A stretch of DNA of 64,000 nt from Trichosphaerium sp. ATCC 40318 (taxonomy: Eukaryota; Protista; Tubulinea): assembly GCA_038496445.1 (NCBI GenBank), contig JALMLS010000440.1, forward strand, positions 1 to 64,000, written 5' to 3'. Below are positions 49,499 through 64,000 of this stretch, one piece after another (the first letter of the stretch is position 1; every line of letters starts with the position of its first letter). The position numbers and the translations under genes are program-made. A model generated the notes under the pieces. The model searched no databases, was not told the DNA's origin, and saw only the letters and a program-made list of their open reading frames with translations.

Positions 49499-51888
49499 AA
49501 ACCTATAAATGCGATTGCAAGTTCATTATATAGCTACAACATTTATTCCAAAAGAGATAGCAACGGTCACTGTAGGGTGTCTACTGGAAATCTAATATAC
49601 CAAAACGAACACAGCGCACCTGCGTCAACAACTGTGAGGTCCACTACTAATATGTATCTTCGGGGAAATTGTTTCGCATTTTACTTTGTAATGAAAACGA
49701 TATTGCCATAATGGTCGTTTAAAGTGGCTTTTCAGTCCACCATGCATCTCTTCTTACTCATAGCGTTGTTTGTACTTCCAGTGATTATCAGTGCTTCGCG
49801 TGCGTACATTTAGAATCACTACAGTAACGAACAAGCTGCTTTCTAACAACAGAAACAATAGCTCACGACAGACAGGCATGTTCTGATTTTATCCAAGTAC
49901 GTTTTTACCGTGGCTAGCCACGCGCCGTTTTTTTTTTTTTGATACCTGTATTAGCGATGTTCCAAACGAATAGAATACCGAATCTATCGCCAGAACGTAA
50001 AAAGTTGGAAATAGTCGAATATATTCCGATTCGGTTTTCAGAGAAGAGCGACTGTGAAACTGAAAGTTGTTGGCTTTTTTTTTAATCACCAAGTGCTTTT
50101 TGTTCATCCAAACCACTCTCATACGTTTTAAAATGCATATTTCTATACATAGAGTGGTTGAAAGCCCTATATTGAGTGAGTTTAAGATATCTACATTTTA
50201 GCGGTAAAACTAAGTCACAGTAAGCCTAACCGACACTTTTGTTGTGTGAAATTGTGCCAGTGGTGACGTTTTTTTGACAATTAGAGCCAATCTTGAGCCC
50301 GCCACGTGATCTATTTTTTTGCTGTCTCAAAACCACTTTTTAGTACTTTCCACGCGTAGAAATAGCCATCACTTGAGGTAAAACATATTTTAACACAATT
50401 TTGTAGTTTTATCTATGCACTTGCTCTATTAAAAAAAAGTCTCAGACGTGTTCGGATGTAAAAAAATGGGTTCAGGACAGCAATAAAGATGTAATTTGTG
50501 CCGTTTTATCTCACCACAAAAAAAGCGAGAAGAATATATTCGAATAAACCAAGAAAATTTGGTTCAAATACGAATTTTGCAATCTATCCGTTTGGAACAT
50601 CGCTAACCTGTATTTTTACGATTGAAGCACGTGACGTATAGTATTTTTGATCAAATATGATTTGGATCTGAATAACTTGATGTTCACGTGAATACTGACT
50701 TTTTTGTTATTTGAAAGAACGACTTGACGTTCAGGGTATGTATTACGTTTTGATGGATGATACTGACGCTGTTCCAGTCTCACCGTATAAAAAACGAACG
50801 CTTCGCATCAGAAACAATTAAGACTTGTAGCTCGTAAGTTGAAAGCTGTTTTCTATCGTTTATCTTCTGACCACCCTTCTCAAGGAAGTACTCTAAAATG
50901 TGCACGTTTAGTAGTAATACATACCTACAGAAAATTTGTATGCCTGATACATGTGACCAAAGCTACTACGCTGCAATGATAAACAAACTAACAGTACCTT
51001 TTTTTACGGTTTTTTTTGAACGCTCACGTGATTTAGATTTGAAAACAAACAATCTTCTTGTATTATTGAAGTGTCTTCATGCTATTACAATGACGATAGA
51101 ACAAACAAAATGACTACAAGTCTAATGTTATTGATTATTTGTGTTGGTTTTGTTTTGTTTTTTTTGACATTGTCGATTGCTGCATACGCTAAAGTACGCT
51201 GTTTGAAAAAAAGATGTAACTGACTTGATTGTTTGTAGGTAAGTAGCATCGTTAAAAGGAGAAAAAGCACAGTATCTTACGAATTGTAAAAAATGTGATC
51301 CACAATAAACCACTGTTGTTTGAGTAGTCTGTATGACTGAACTTACGCATAGGGCTTGGTTTCGTTTACCACGTTGAACGTAAACAGCCTATCTATTTGT
51401 TGTGCTACAGTATTATAGTGCCAACAGCGTTCAACAATGAAAAAACCATCATACGAGACAAGTTACAAGAAGGAAAGGAACCCACCCCTGAAGTATAATT
51501 CAATGTACAACTTAAGCACCATCAATTGGTTTACATTTTAGTGTGAGTGTGGAGCTATAAGGGATGTAGTATGCTGTGAAACGAAGTAAGTAGTTTTACT
51601 GTCAAAATAAAAAAAACGAAATGAAGAAAAAGTAAGTATTCCTTTCTACCTGTGATGATCTTGATGAATCTAACATACATCAAATAGCTATGTACATTAG
51701 GGAAGCTCGAGGAGATTAGAAATATGTGAAAGAGTCCACGTGATAATTACTTTTATTGAACTTACATTAAAATCTTTCAATGAAAGGCAACACTAGCCAC
51801 GAGACACAACATAAACACAAACCAGTGACACGTGTCTCTGTAAGTGCTAAAAACCTGAGAAAACCATCAACACTAGTTGCTTTTACAG

Positions 51889-53002
51889 ATGACTTTCTCA
51901 AACGCACTATGTGCCCTATTACACCTTCCAATTGAGCTACAGCTTGATATTGTAGATTTAGACTTTACACTGTATTTAAAGTGACCACTTTTATGTAGAG
52001 AGTCAGCAACAAACACGAGGTTTGATACTGCCTTGAATAAACATGGGAAATGGCAACAAACAATCCAATCAAACCATCGATTTATCGGTTTTGCTCATCA
52101 ATTCTGGAGACATGGTCAACGCCACGGCGAGTTCAAGGAGTGGTATAATAATGGTCTTCTACGAACCCATAGTTACTATGTGAATGATATGCTACAAGGA
52201 ATAAGCAAGGAGTTTTACAACGGACGGTTGATGTCTTGTCAATACTATGCCAATGGCAAACGAGAAGGGGAGTGCAAGGAGTGGTATGCCAAAGGTGTTT
52301 TACAAAAGCACTGCTATTATACCAATGACAAATTGGAAGGTCGTTACAAGAAATACCACCAGAGTGGTCAAATACAAAAGGACTATTATTATGTTAATGA
52401 CAAGGAAGAAGGAGAACATAAGGAATGGTACAACACGGGACAGTTGAAGAAAAGGACATATTATATCAATGGTAAAGAAGAAGGAGATTGTAAGGAATGG
52501 CATATCAACGGACAGTTAAAGAGTCACACTTATTTCATCAAAGGAAAAGCAGAAGGAGAGTGTAATGAGTGGTACAATAATGGACAATTAAAACGCCATA
52601 CCCAAAGAGCCAAAGGCCTTGTCAACGGAGTCTGTAAAACTTGGAAAAGAGATGGCAAGTTAAGTCGAGAGTTAGTGCATACTGATGAAAGTGTAACTGT
52701 TGATCTAACACATTATTTCTGGTGGCGTAACGGTCAGTTTGCAGGGCAAAGTAACAGAGCGTAACAGACAGATTGAGATCAAGAACTGGTATCCAAATGG
52801 TCAGATACAGTCAGCATCATTTTATCTTGATACGCTTGATAGAAGTACACATTTTGGCATTGAAAAAAAGTGGAACCAAGATGGTCAATTGGTTTTTGTT
52901 AAAGATCATGGTACTCAATACAAATTTCCTTATGCCACTTTTGTATGGCTATGTTTGGGTGTATTATGTTGCGGTTATTACCTGTATTATGTCGTATCTT
53001 AA
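51889..53002 (+). pseudogene. Intronless F-box-like + MORN-variant (YwqK-like) repeat gene with premature TGA and frameshift
   Basis: ATG at 51889 gives LLHLPIELQLDIV, then an in-frame TGA (~51982). 24-aa repeats EGECKEWYNNGQLK. A GTAACAGA duplication (~52752-52769) shifts the frame before the final repeats and C-terminal TM helix. Confidence 0.8.
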
Positions 53003-53039
53003 GAAAGCTATCCTCACAAAAAGTTGGAAATGTTTTCTT

Positions 53040-53175
53040 TGCCTTAATTTCACAATATACTCCAGACAATGCATTGATGCTATCATGTATACCTTTGTAA
53101 GTGATACATTAATCTCATGTACACCAAACAAAGCTTTAATGCCATCATTTGTTGTTAATTTACAATGACAAGTTA
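53040..53175 (-). pseudogene. Short decayed LRR-family remnant
   Basis: Translates to TTNDGIKALFGVHEINVSLTKV, then a frameshifted SINALSGVY. Confidence 0.6.
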
Positions 53176-53562
53176 TACTTCATACCATCATCTATGTTAA
53201 ACATTTAACAACGGGATCATGTGTTTCTCACGATAATACTCAAAATATCTCAACAGATAACGACAATACGTCAGTCATATCCACGAAAACAACTCTGTCA
53301 TATTTGTTGGCAGCCAAAAATAAATGTTGTACAATTGTTGACATAAAATGAACGTTAAAAACCAAGCATGCACGCTCGATGTTAAACAAATACGCCTAAC
53401 ACTAAACTATTCCGACAAAAGACATGTGTTCAACAGAAAAAAGGAGATCTCAAACTTGATGGTGGCCATTAAAGGAATAGAGCACAACAAAGACATGAGC
53501 TTCAAAGCTCAAGAACTTCTAAAGTTGTACTTGTAACAAAGTACAGATTACATCTTTAAAGT

Positions 53563-54579
53563 TTAGTCTAAGTCTATTATAGTGTAAGCACCAGATAATG
53601 CTTTAATACCATCAGCTGTAATTCCAAAACAATTAATAAGGTAGATGGTATGTACACTTGATAGGGCTTCTAAACCTCTGTCTGTTACTCCAGTTTCTGA
53701 TAAATCAATCTTATGTACACCTGAGAGAGCCTTGATTCCCTCATCTGTTACACCTTCACAGGCTTGCAGATGGATAGTATGAACGCCTGCCAATGCCTTC
53801 AAACCTTCGTCCGTAACTGCTGTTTCTGACAAATCAATCTTATGTACACCTGAGAGTGCCTTGATTCCCTCATCTGTTATACATTTACAGCCATACAGAC
53901 GGATATTGTATACACCTGCCAATGCCTTCAAACCTTTGTCTGTTACTTTAGTTCCGGAAATATCAATCTTATGTACACCTGAGAGTGCTTTGATACCCTC
54001 ATCTGTTATCAATTCATTTCTGTTCAACTTGATAGTATGTACACCTACCAACGCCTTCAAAGCTTCGTCTGTTACTATTGTGTATGATAAACCAATGTTA
54101 TGTACACCAGCCAGTGCCTTAACACCCTCGTCTGTTATATCACAACTATACAATTGTATTGTGTGGACTCCAGCTAATGCTTTAATACCTTCATCTGTTA
54201 CTGCTGCATGTGATAAATTAATAGTATGTACGCCTGCCAAAGCCATGATACCTTTACTTGTTATATGCTTACAATAGAACAAATTGATGTTGTGTACGCC
54301 TGCGAGTAAACTCAAGTGAAAGTCTTGTGCTCCATTAAAGGTTTCTAGAGATATCTTCGTGTTCTTCAGTAAAGGACTACCAGAAAGCCTTACCGCCTCA
54401 TTTGTGCTTCTGATATTGATTTTATTGTATCCAACATGGTTATGGATGATATCCCGCAATAAGTGGCATGTTTGAGCACAACGAAGTGTAAATATGCCGC
54501 GTTTGAGAATATGAACTACAAGCTCAACTGGGAGAGCGAGTAGGTCAAAAGTGTATTGATTAACGTTTTCTCGTTCCAT
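53563..54579 (-). CDS. Intronless F-box + leucine-rich-repeat protein (intact, 338 aa)
   Basis: DLLALPVELVVHIL F-box-like start; ~11 repeats of ITDEGIKALSGVHKIDLS. Confidence 0.9.
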   Translation of the reverse strand: MERENVNQYTFDLLALPVELVVHILKRGIFTLRCAQTCHLLRDIIHNHVGYNKINIRSTNEAVRLSGSPLLKNTKISLETFNGAQDFHLSLLAGVHNINLFYCKHITSKGIMALAGVHTINLSHAAVTDEGIKALAGVHTIQLYSCDITDEGVKALAGVHNIGLSYTIVTDEALKALVGVHTIKLNRNELITDEGIKALSGVHKIDISGTKVTDKGLKALAGVYNIRLYGCKCITDEGIKALSGVHKIDLSETAVTDEGLKALAGVHTIHLQACEGVTDEGIKALSGVHKIDLSETGVTDRGLEALSSVHTIYLINCFGITADGIKALSGAYTIIDLD

Positions 54580-54893
54580 TTAATATCAATATTGCTATGA
54601 CCCTGTGTTTAACAGTGTGGTTCTTTGTTGGTAACGAAACGATGTGCTACATACTAAGAAACACCAAGAAATTCAACACAGAGTCAAAGCGCTAAAAATC
54701 TTGCACGACAAAAAATACAAACGTGATATTGTCATAGTTTGATTTGAGAACGACTTGCATCGTCTATTAATGAACAAGTGCTTTTGTGGGCGTAGAGTAG
54801 TAGCAATAACTTTAAGGGAGTGCGTAAATGATTGGTAATGTAATAATTGGAGAGAACGATAGCGTGTTTTTTGTTGTAAATATTCTGCCATGT

Positions 54894-57501
54894 TTATTTT
54901 TTTACTTTACGTCTCTTTCTAGGTGGTTCATCTGTACTTTTTTTTCTTTTACTACTACTACTCTTTGCAGAAGCAAAGGCTGCTTTCATCTTTTCTTTAT
55001 TTTCTTTAGAAGCAACTGAGTGATCAACAATTGGCTCTGGATAATCCTACAAGAAGAAGAAAAAAGTAAGAAATCAAACAAACGTCCAAAGAAAACAGCA
55101 TCACAATCACCTATGTGTAAAATAACGATTTCCCAGGGTGACACAAGACGGGTACACCCATTACACATAAAATAATGGATCCAGACGGAGAAGAAAAAAC
55201 GAAGGAAAACAGTTAACGTACTTTTCCTATGATACACTTTGCTCGTTGTTGAACACCTAGAGGTGCCTTCCATGGTTCATATATATACTTATCTGGTATA
55301 TCCTTTAATACAGGTAGGTAATGACGAATAAATTCACCAGACTTGTCGTATTTTTTGGGAAATGTAACAGGACTATAAACACGCCAATACCTTTTGTGAA
55401 AATTATTTTTAAGTACTTCAAAAAAAAAGAACAACGTACGTATTATAAAAAGCGCTACAACTAAGCCACATCCAATTAGCATTATTTAAACTCCAATCAG
55501 AGTCTATTAGTAGTTTATCAAATACATCACGACCTGAGAAACAACATTAGGATGGTGGCAAGGTTGCAACAAGAAAGCTATAACTTGTGTTCTACCACGT
55601 ACCTTTTTCCCAACTACACCATAAATCACCACGGGTTAAAAAACACGCCACAGAATGCCTTGCTAAGTGATGCATCCATCCTTCTTCTTTTAACTGTGTC
55701 ATTATTGCATCAATCCAAGGATACCTAAAACTCCTGTCAAACAAAAGAACAAACAATAAATTAAACAACAGTACCCTGTTTTAGCGTTCTCCCATGCATC
55801 CAAAAACTCTTGATCATCTCCCCACGGGATCTGACGACATATAGAGTTCCCTTCCATTGTATCAAAACTGTTTATTGTATGCCTAGGTAGTTATTAGATA
55901 CAAGCCAGTAGGGAGATATCAACAACTCAGGAAAAGTTTAAACACGAACCCACAAAGATAAAAAAATTCACGCCAATATAGTTGTCCAACAAGTGACACT
56001 GGTGGCATTGTTTCCTTCTTTTTAGATGATTTGAATATGTCCTGTAGCCCATAGAATAATTTACGTGGTGATAAACACCCAAACTTTAAATATGGACTAA
56101 GTCCTGTTGTTTCAGCAGCCTTCTTTGATGGTACTTTTGATAATACTGAAAAAAAAATTAGTTTCACAAAAATAGTGCTCAATTACAAGGTAGGTAATGC
56201 TATTTTCATGATGAAGTAATGATTTATATTGTATTGTTTAAACCTTTTATTGAAAAACCATTGCCCAGTGAAGCCAAAAGGCGACGACTCAACAACGTTT
56301 TCTTTGAAAAAAAAAATGAAATAAAATTAAAACGTACTTATAGTTGGATCTGTGTTGGGCTTACTGAATCCTATAGCGCGTTCCTTAAAACTTAAATACT
56401 CCTACAACGATATTAATATGTAATTACACTCTAAAGCAGGTCCATTCGTACTTTACATCTCTTTAGGGCTTCTGATTCGCCGCCAACAAATGCTGATTGT
56501 TTAAATGATTTTTCGGTGGGATAATCACTGTGCAACTGTTCGAGAAGCGGCACGTCATAATTATCCTTCCAAACAGATGATTTTATTCTCTCTTGGTCAT
56601 CATCATTAAATACAGGAGAAGGAATCTTATCAGGAATATCTAATAATTCATCTGGAAGTCCAACTTTCCTCAACAAAACCTCGAAACCTTAAAAGCTAAT
56701 TTTAGCATCACCAAAAAAACCAAAACAACTCCTTTACGTTTTTGATCACGTGGCAGAAACTGAAAAAAATAAGAAAGTAAAACTTAAAGATACCGTTTAC
56801 ATGAGACGTGACTTACTTTTCATTGTTTTAGGAGTAGCTCCAGCCGTTTTTTTCAAAAGATCCAGATCGTACAATGTATGCCTAAAATTAAACTTTGTTT
56901 TTCAAATAAAAAGCTTCTACAAGCTTAAATAACAATTACCCTGATACTGAATCAACTTTTATATCATTTTCTTGCATCGCAGCAGATATTGACGCATCTA
57001 CAAAAGAGTTTTAGTCTCGGAGGTTTGAAATACCGATTTTTCCGCTATTAAATGCATAGAAGCTTTTATAGTATGTTTACCTCGTTTCTTAGCGTATGGT
57101 TCTGTGTCTTTTTCAAAAACAAACCGCGTAATTTTCCATTGGCGGCAATACGAGGGTAACACGTCTAATGGGTTTCCTTTGAGTACTATAAGCCTATACA
57201 AATGCTTTTTAGATACGCTATAATTGTTTTGGCTACCTTGACCGTTTTTCTTTCAACGCGAGGTCTAAATCGCGTAGACTCTCTAACAGGAATCTCATAC
57301 GCACAGAACCGACGTTTTTAGGGTTTGTAAAATGAGGATCGATAACAAATACAGGATATACCGATTTACTACCTTCTACGGCTCTAACCTAGTTAAAACA
57401 GACCATAAATACTTACAACAGTAATTACAAGGTTCATGTACCAATGCAGGAGAATCGTGAAGCCTCAACGACTTTCTAAACCACAGTAGCGTATTTGCCA
57501 T
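54894..57501 (-). CDS. (6-4) photolyase / animal-type cryptochrome
   Basis: [78 protein letters not shown]; C-terminal NLS-like PPRKRRKV. Confidence 0.95.
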
Positions 57502-58068
57502 GGTATATTTAGTAGTTTAGTTGTAATGGTTTCGAGTTTTGGTTTTTTTCACTAAACAAAAGATGAGTCCTACTTCGTCAACCTAGTTCCCTCGGATGAT
57601 TGTTAATAATTAAAGTGATTGCATCAACATACCGCCACTTTCCGTTCATTCTTGCGCAAACGAGTATTCATCATAATCGTATATCACGTTTTACACAAAC
57701 AGTTGCAAGTTGAAAGTATGACTTAGCAAAGATGTGTTTTATGCACTGAGAGAAGTGAGGTGTGCAATATATATTATATTGTTACGGAATAAACGCACTT
57801 CCATCTATCAGAAAAAAACAGGATCATTCAAACAAACAAACATCAACAAAAGTGTTACAAACTATTATTTTTTTTATTTTTTTTGTTTAAAAATACGTGA
57901 CATTATTGTACAAGTGTATTTGATATAGCAATACAAATACCAGTGATGTATTATGCTACTATAGTACTATTAAAAGCACATTTATAGCACTTCATCCATT
58001 TTCCCAAGCTCCCAAAAGAAGAAGAGTTTGAGGAGGCAAAAAATAAAATCTGCTTACTTTAATTCTTT

Positions 58069-59216
58069 TCAGCAAACCTTTTGCTCAACTGCTTCTGCTT
58101 CAGGAATCATATCAACTGCATCTGGTGAGCAATCAAGACTTGGATTATAAAAAGGAGTAGCTAAGTCTAAAGTAGAGACTTTTTGCTTTAAACGTAAGTC
58201 GCTTATAGTATATTTAGAACTAGCGCTCCTTATAGGTCTCTGAACAATAGGAGGTGGCTCAATAATGCCTACAAGAGCGAAACTATCCAAAACGCCAGCT
58301 GTATTAGCACGTTGCATCTCATCACTAGAGTCAGAAGACTCATTTGATGAACTTTGTGTAGGTTTAACTATCTCCTCTCCCTCTCCTTCTGCATCTCCTT
58401 CATCGCTCAATGGACCAGCACCACCTCTAAAAGACAAGTAAGACAACTTTCATAGTAGTACACAGCAATAAAAAGCAAAAGAAGAAGTTTTGTTAAAAAA
58501 ACGGAGTTTAAACAAATTAAACACGTACGTGGTTGGTGCTGACTGAGATAATGGTTGGTTGGCAATTAGAGGCCTAGTCTTTAGATGTTTCTATTGGAAA
58601 GGGTTAGAATAAACGATATTACGATGAAAGCTGGCTGAGGCGCGTTTTTTTGTGTCAACTACTCGCAAAAAACTTAAATTGCAGAAAGCGTACCTTTGCC
58701 CGTTCTAAGAGTGCTGCTTCCTTTCCAGTAAGAAAATAAAGCTTTGCTTTCTTTTTACGACTATTTATTGCTTCATACGCAGCATCAGCACTATTTAAAG
58801 GCGAACCTATACAAAACAAAAGATATTAGTTCCAAACTTAGGCAAAAGCAAAAAAAAAGTTGTACTACGCGCGTAGATAGATTTGGTTGAAAACCAAAAA
58901 AAAAAACTTAGTTCGACTCAAATGCTCTCAGTGCTGTTTAAAAACGTTAAAACTGCGAGGTGCAAACAACGTTACCGCACATAGCTATTTTTTGTTGTTT
59001 TGAGGTTAAACTACGGTGGTTATAAGTTAAGAGGTACGTACCAGCTTTAACGCGACATTTACGCTTAGCAAAGTAGAAAGACCATACAGCCCGTTCACCT
59101 TCCGGTATTTTGAGGCTATTGCACATAAATGCGTGCAATTCCTCGAGCGTCTGGTTTGGGCGTATTGATAGAGCATTGCAAGTTCCGTCTATCCGATATA
59201 TTTTGGCTGAAATCAT
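58069..59216 (-). CDS. Hypothetical multi-exon protein; N-terminus resembles a ubiquitin-like/Ras-association fold, C-terminus low-complexity acidic/Ser-rich
   Basis: MISAKIYRIDGTCNALSIRPNQTLEEL...WSFY; spliceable exons lead to the 58069 ORF. Confidence 0.6.
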
Positions 59217-59487
59217 TTTGTGTAGTTGGATTGAATAACTATTAAAAATGGTTAAGAGAGGTTCTACGGTGTATATTGTTGAATAGTAATAGAAAGTTCA
59301 TTTAAATAATTGGAAAAGTAGTCATTGAAACGTACGCTGCAAAGAAATAGACTGAATTATTGGTTAACGTGGTGTTATGAACGTTAGACCGTTTTTAAAA
59401 CTTAACCTAGGAGATAATCGTGGCGGAGGAATTTTGAAACCAAAAAGTCACGATAAAGTCATTCTTTGTTAGTTTGCTCTGTAAACA

Positions 59488-61890
<2,403 letters not shown>

Positions 61891-62013
61891 GCAACAAAGA
61901 ATAAATATTAATAAAATACTGCTTGTAAGCATTACAATACTTTAACCATCGCACCATCGTTTTTTGTTTGATAAATGCCACAGAATCAAAAAGGCATAGT
62001 CAGCTTTTTCGAA

Positions 62014-62380
62014 TCACTGCAACTGTTTATAGTCCTCACACTTTTGGTCATCAACATACATACAGTGTGTAGCTAGTTGTCCATTTCTTCGCCACTCTTT
62101 ACACTCACCATTCTTTTTATCTTCGATGAATGTACATTGTGTACCAAGTTGACCGTTTTCATACCATTGATTGAAATAGCCATTTAACTTATCATCTATA
62201 CATATACACTGTATACCAAGTTGACCGTTTTCATACCACTGATTGAAATAGCCATTTAACTTATCATCTATACGTATACACTGTATGTAAAGTTGTCCAT
62301 TCTTGTACCACTGTTTGTACTCAACAATGTGTGTGCAGTTGTCTTCTCATGCCATTCCTTGTACTCACCACTCATATTCA
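62014..62380 (-). pseudogene. MORN-variant repeat remnant containing a near-perfect 72-bp tandem duplication
   Basis: NGYFNQWYENGQLG occurs twice (62142-62285); frameshifted 5' part. Confidence 0.75.
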
Positions 62381-62819
62381 TTAAAATGAAGGAGACGCTA
62401 CATGAATATGAAGAAACATTGAACAAAAAATATACACATAAAAAACTTTTTCTCGAACGAACACACTCTCAAAGTTTCCGCAAGCATTGCTTGTTGGTAG
62501 TGCTGTATCACCATTAACCTATTATATTTACCTCTATTCTATTTGGAAGATTCTTTTCCAAACTTCCATGGATAAAAAGTTTGGTATTGTAACTGTGTAT
62601 TAATTACAGGTTTACAGGCTATGGAAATTATTGAATTTTCCACAAAATTACTTACGTTTTCGCGTATAAAATGAGCAGTTTCAACACGTGGGAAAAAAGG
62701 TAGAATTTGACCTCATAGAACTGTAACAACACAAAAAAATAACATTTACTAACGAAAGCGTACAGCTTCTTCACAAAACAAAATTCTCAGTAAAAGTTGG
62801 ACCAAAACAAACAGCCAAG

Positions 62820-63106
62820 ATGTACCAAATTAAGGTTCAATGCAATGGTACGCTCATGAATTTTGGGTGATATGGAAGTGATATTTTTAGAAATTCATAC
62901 TGCACGTTTAGAATACTATTTTTTTGTTGACACTAACCTCAATTGTAGGTATGCCAGATTACCGTGGTGGTATCACTGACTCGACGGAAGAGCTCCCTGT
63001 TGTTTACATGGTGATAAATAAAGGTGTTGTTCTTTGTCTCATTCAGCTCTTCGATTGTTTGAAGACGATCAAACCCGACAGGGATAACAAGAAAGAGTGG
63101 GAGGCG
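62820..63106 (+). CDS. Possible first two exons of a hypothetical gene or pseudogene
   Basis: ATG at 62820 MYQIKVQCN, phase-1 GT-AG intron, exon ending WEA|GTAAGT. I could not resolve a continuation. Confidence 0.3.
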
Positions 63107-64000
63107 GTAAGTCAAAAAACAAAGCATTCCTATCTTGTAAGTACAGGAGCAGATTACAGCTAATGCAACTTTGCGACAGCTCGAATTTTGGAATATAGTA
63201 ATTATTGTAGAGCAATTAGGCAATACTGTTGGTTTCATGCTTACAAAAGGACCTCAACTCTTTCGTGACACATGTCTGAAATTTATCAGTCATACAACGG
63301 AATACCTTCTACGACGTCTACAACCTTGCAAATGAAGAACCTGTTGGTAGACTACAGACCATAACACCTAGCAAGCCGTTTTCCAATCATCTGAAATATG
63401 CTTTCAGTACCTGATCACTAGTGATACTGTCAATTTGCCGAATTCTTTCATACCTCGATGTAATGTGTGCATTACGTAAACAAATAGACTTGCACAAGTG
63501 TTCCCTGTCTTGACTCTTGGCAGCCGAATACCTTTAAGTTGGCACCACGCTAAATTTAGTCCCTTTCTTGATCAGAACAGCATGGGTTCTGTCTTAATTC
63601 CTAAGGAAGCAACGATCTGAATTCTTGCTAAGGGCATTGTTGTATTTAGTAATAATTAAATAGAGAGCCTTATTTTGAAATGATTTGAACTGTGTTTAGT
63701 GACATGATATGTCATCAAACAAATAGATCATAATTTAGAAACTGAATTGAACTGCATCATTGGTACATCGAAGACTCAGTGTTGGTGGAGCTGGGTACTT
63801 CAAGTGCATTTGTTTGCATTTGGTTCTAATGATCACATTCCATAACTGTAATGTACCTTGACATGATAACGTATAACATCACGGAGTTGCTTAATAGCTC
63901 AGGGTAACAGGGAATCGTAAACGATTTTCCAAAACAGAAAGTATCTGAACTAGATCTGGTTGGTACATGCTAAAAGTAAAATGTTGAAGGTTTGTTTTTA

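Noticed and set aside
51980-51990. In-frame TGA as stop-codon reassignment or selenocysteine
   Set aside because: TGA ends other genes here (Ras), Trp is encoded by TGG throughout, and the same gene has an independent frameshift, so decay is the simpler explanation.
53861-54277. Antisense ORFs over the LRR, MORN and lectin exons (e.g. 53861-54277, 1838-2098, 35789-36163)
   Set aside because: Shadow frames of real genes on the opposite strand.
62142-62285. 72-bp direct repeats as a CRISPR-like or satellite array
   Set aside because: No spacers; the unit is one 24-codon MORN-variant repeat.
63300-64000. Possible minus-strand coding remnant at the window end
   Set aside because: Stops in all frames, and I could not build a consistent spliced model or recognise a motif.

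Overview
AT-rich (about 35% GC by eye), very intron-dense eukaryotic DNA with 40-100 nt GT-AG introns, which is why the ORF track is fragmented. Gene content suggests an amoeboid protist, possibly Amoebozoa (inference). All gene models were spliced by hand. Main contents: (1) ten paralogous signal-peptide / double C-type-lectin / GPI-type surface-protein genes on the minus strand, two at 0-3.7 kb and a tandem array of eight at 19.7-37.0 kb, with hypervariable ligand-binding loops and mosaic sequence exchange; (2) two inverted paralogs of another surface protein, one carrying the lectins' C-terminal module; (3) two copies of an unidentified ~175-nt structured non-coding RNA with compensatory base changes and a shared upstream element; (4) a tryptophan-repeat protein ending in a RAP/PD-(D/E)XK-like nuclease domain; (5) a class C GPCR; (6) an F-box/SPRY protein; (7) a probable Rab-GTPase + DUF4062 + NACHT + TPR + CaaX fusion; (8) a Ras-like GTPase, a (6-4) photolyase/cryptochrome and a PTS2-bearing thiolase; (9) scattered intronless, mostly decayed F-box-LRR and F-box-MORN genes resembling giant-virus genes. 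The best candidates for undescribed biology are the ncRNA pair, the diversifying lectin array and the Rab-NLR-like fusion.
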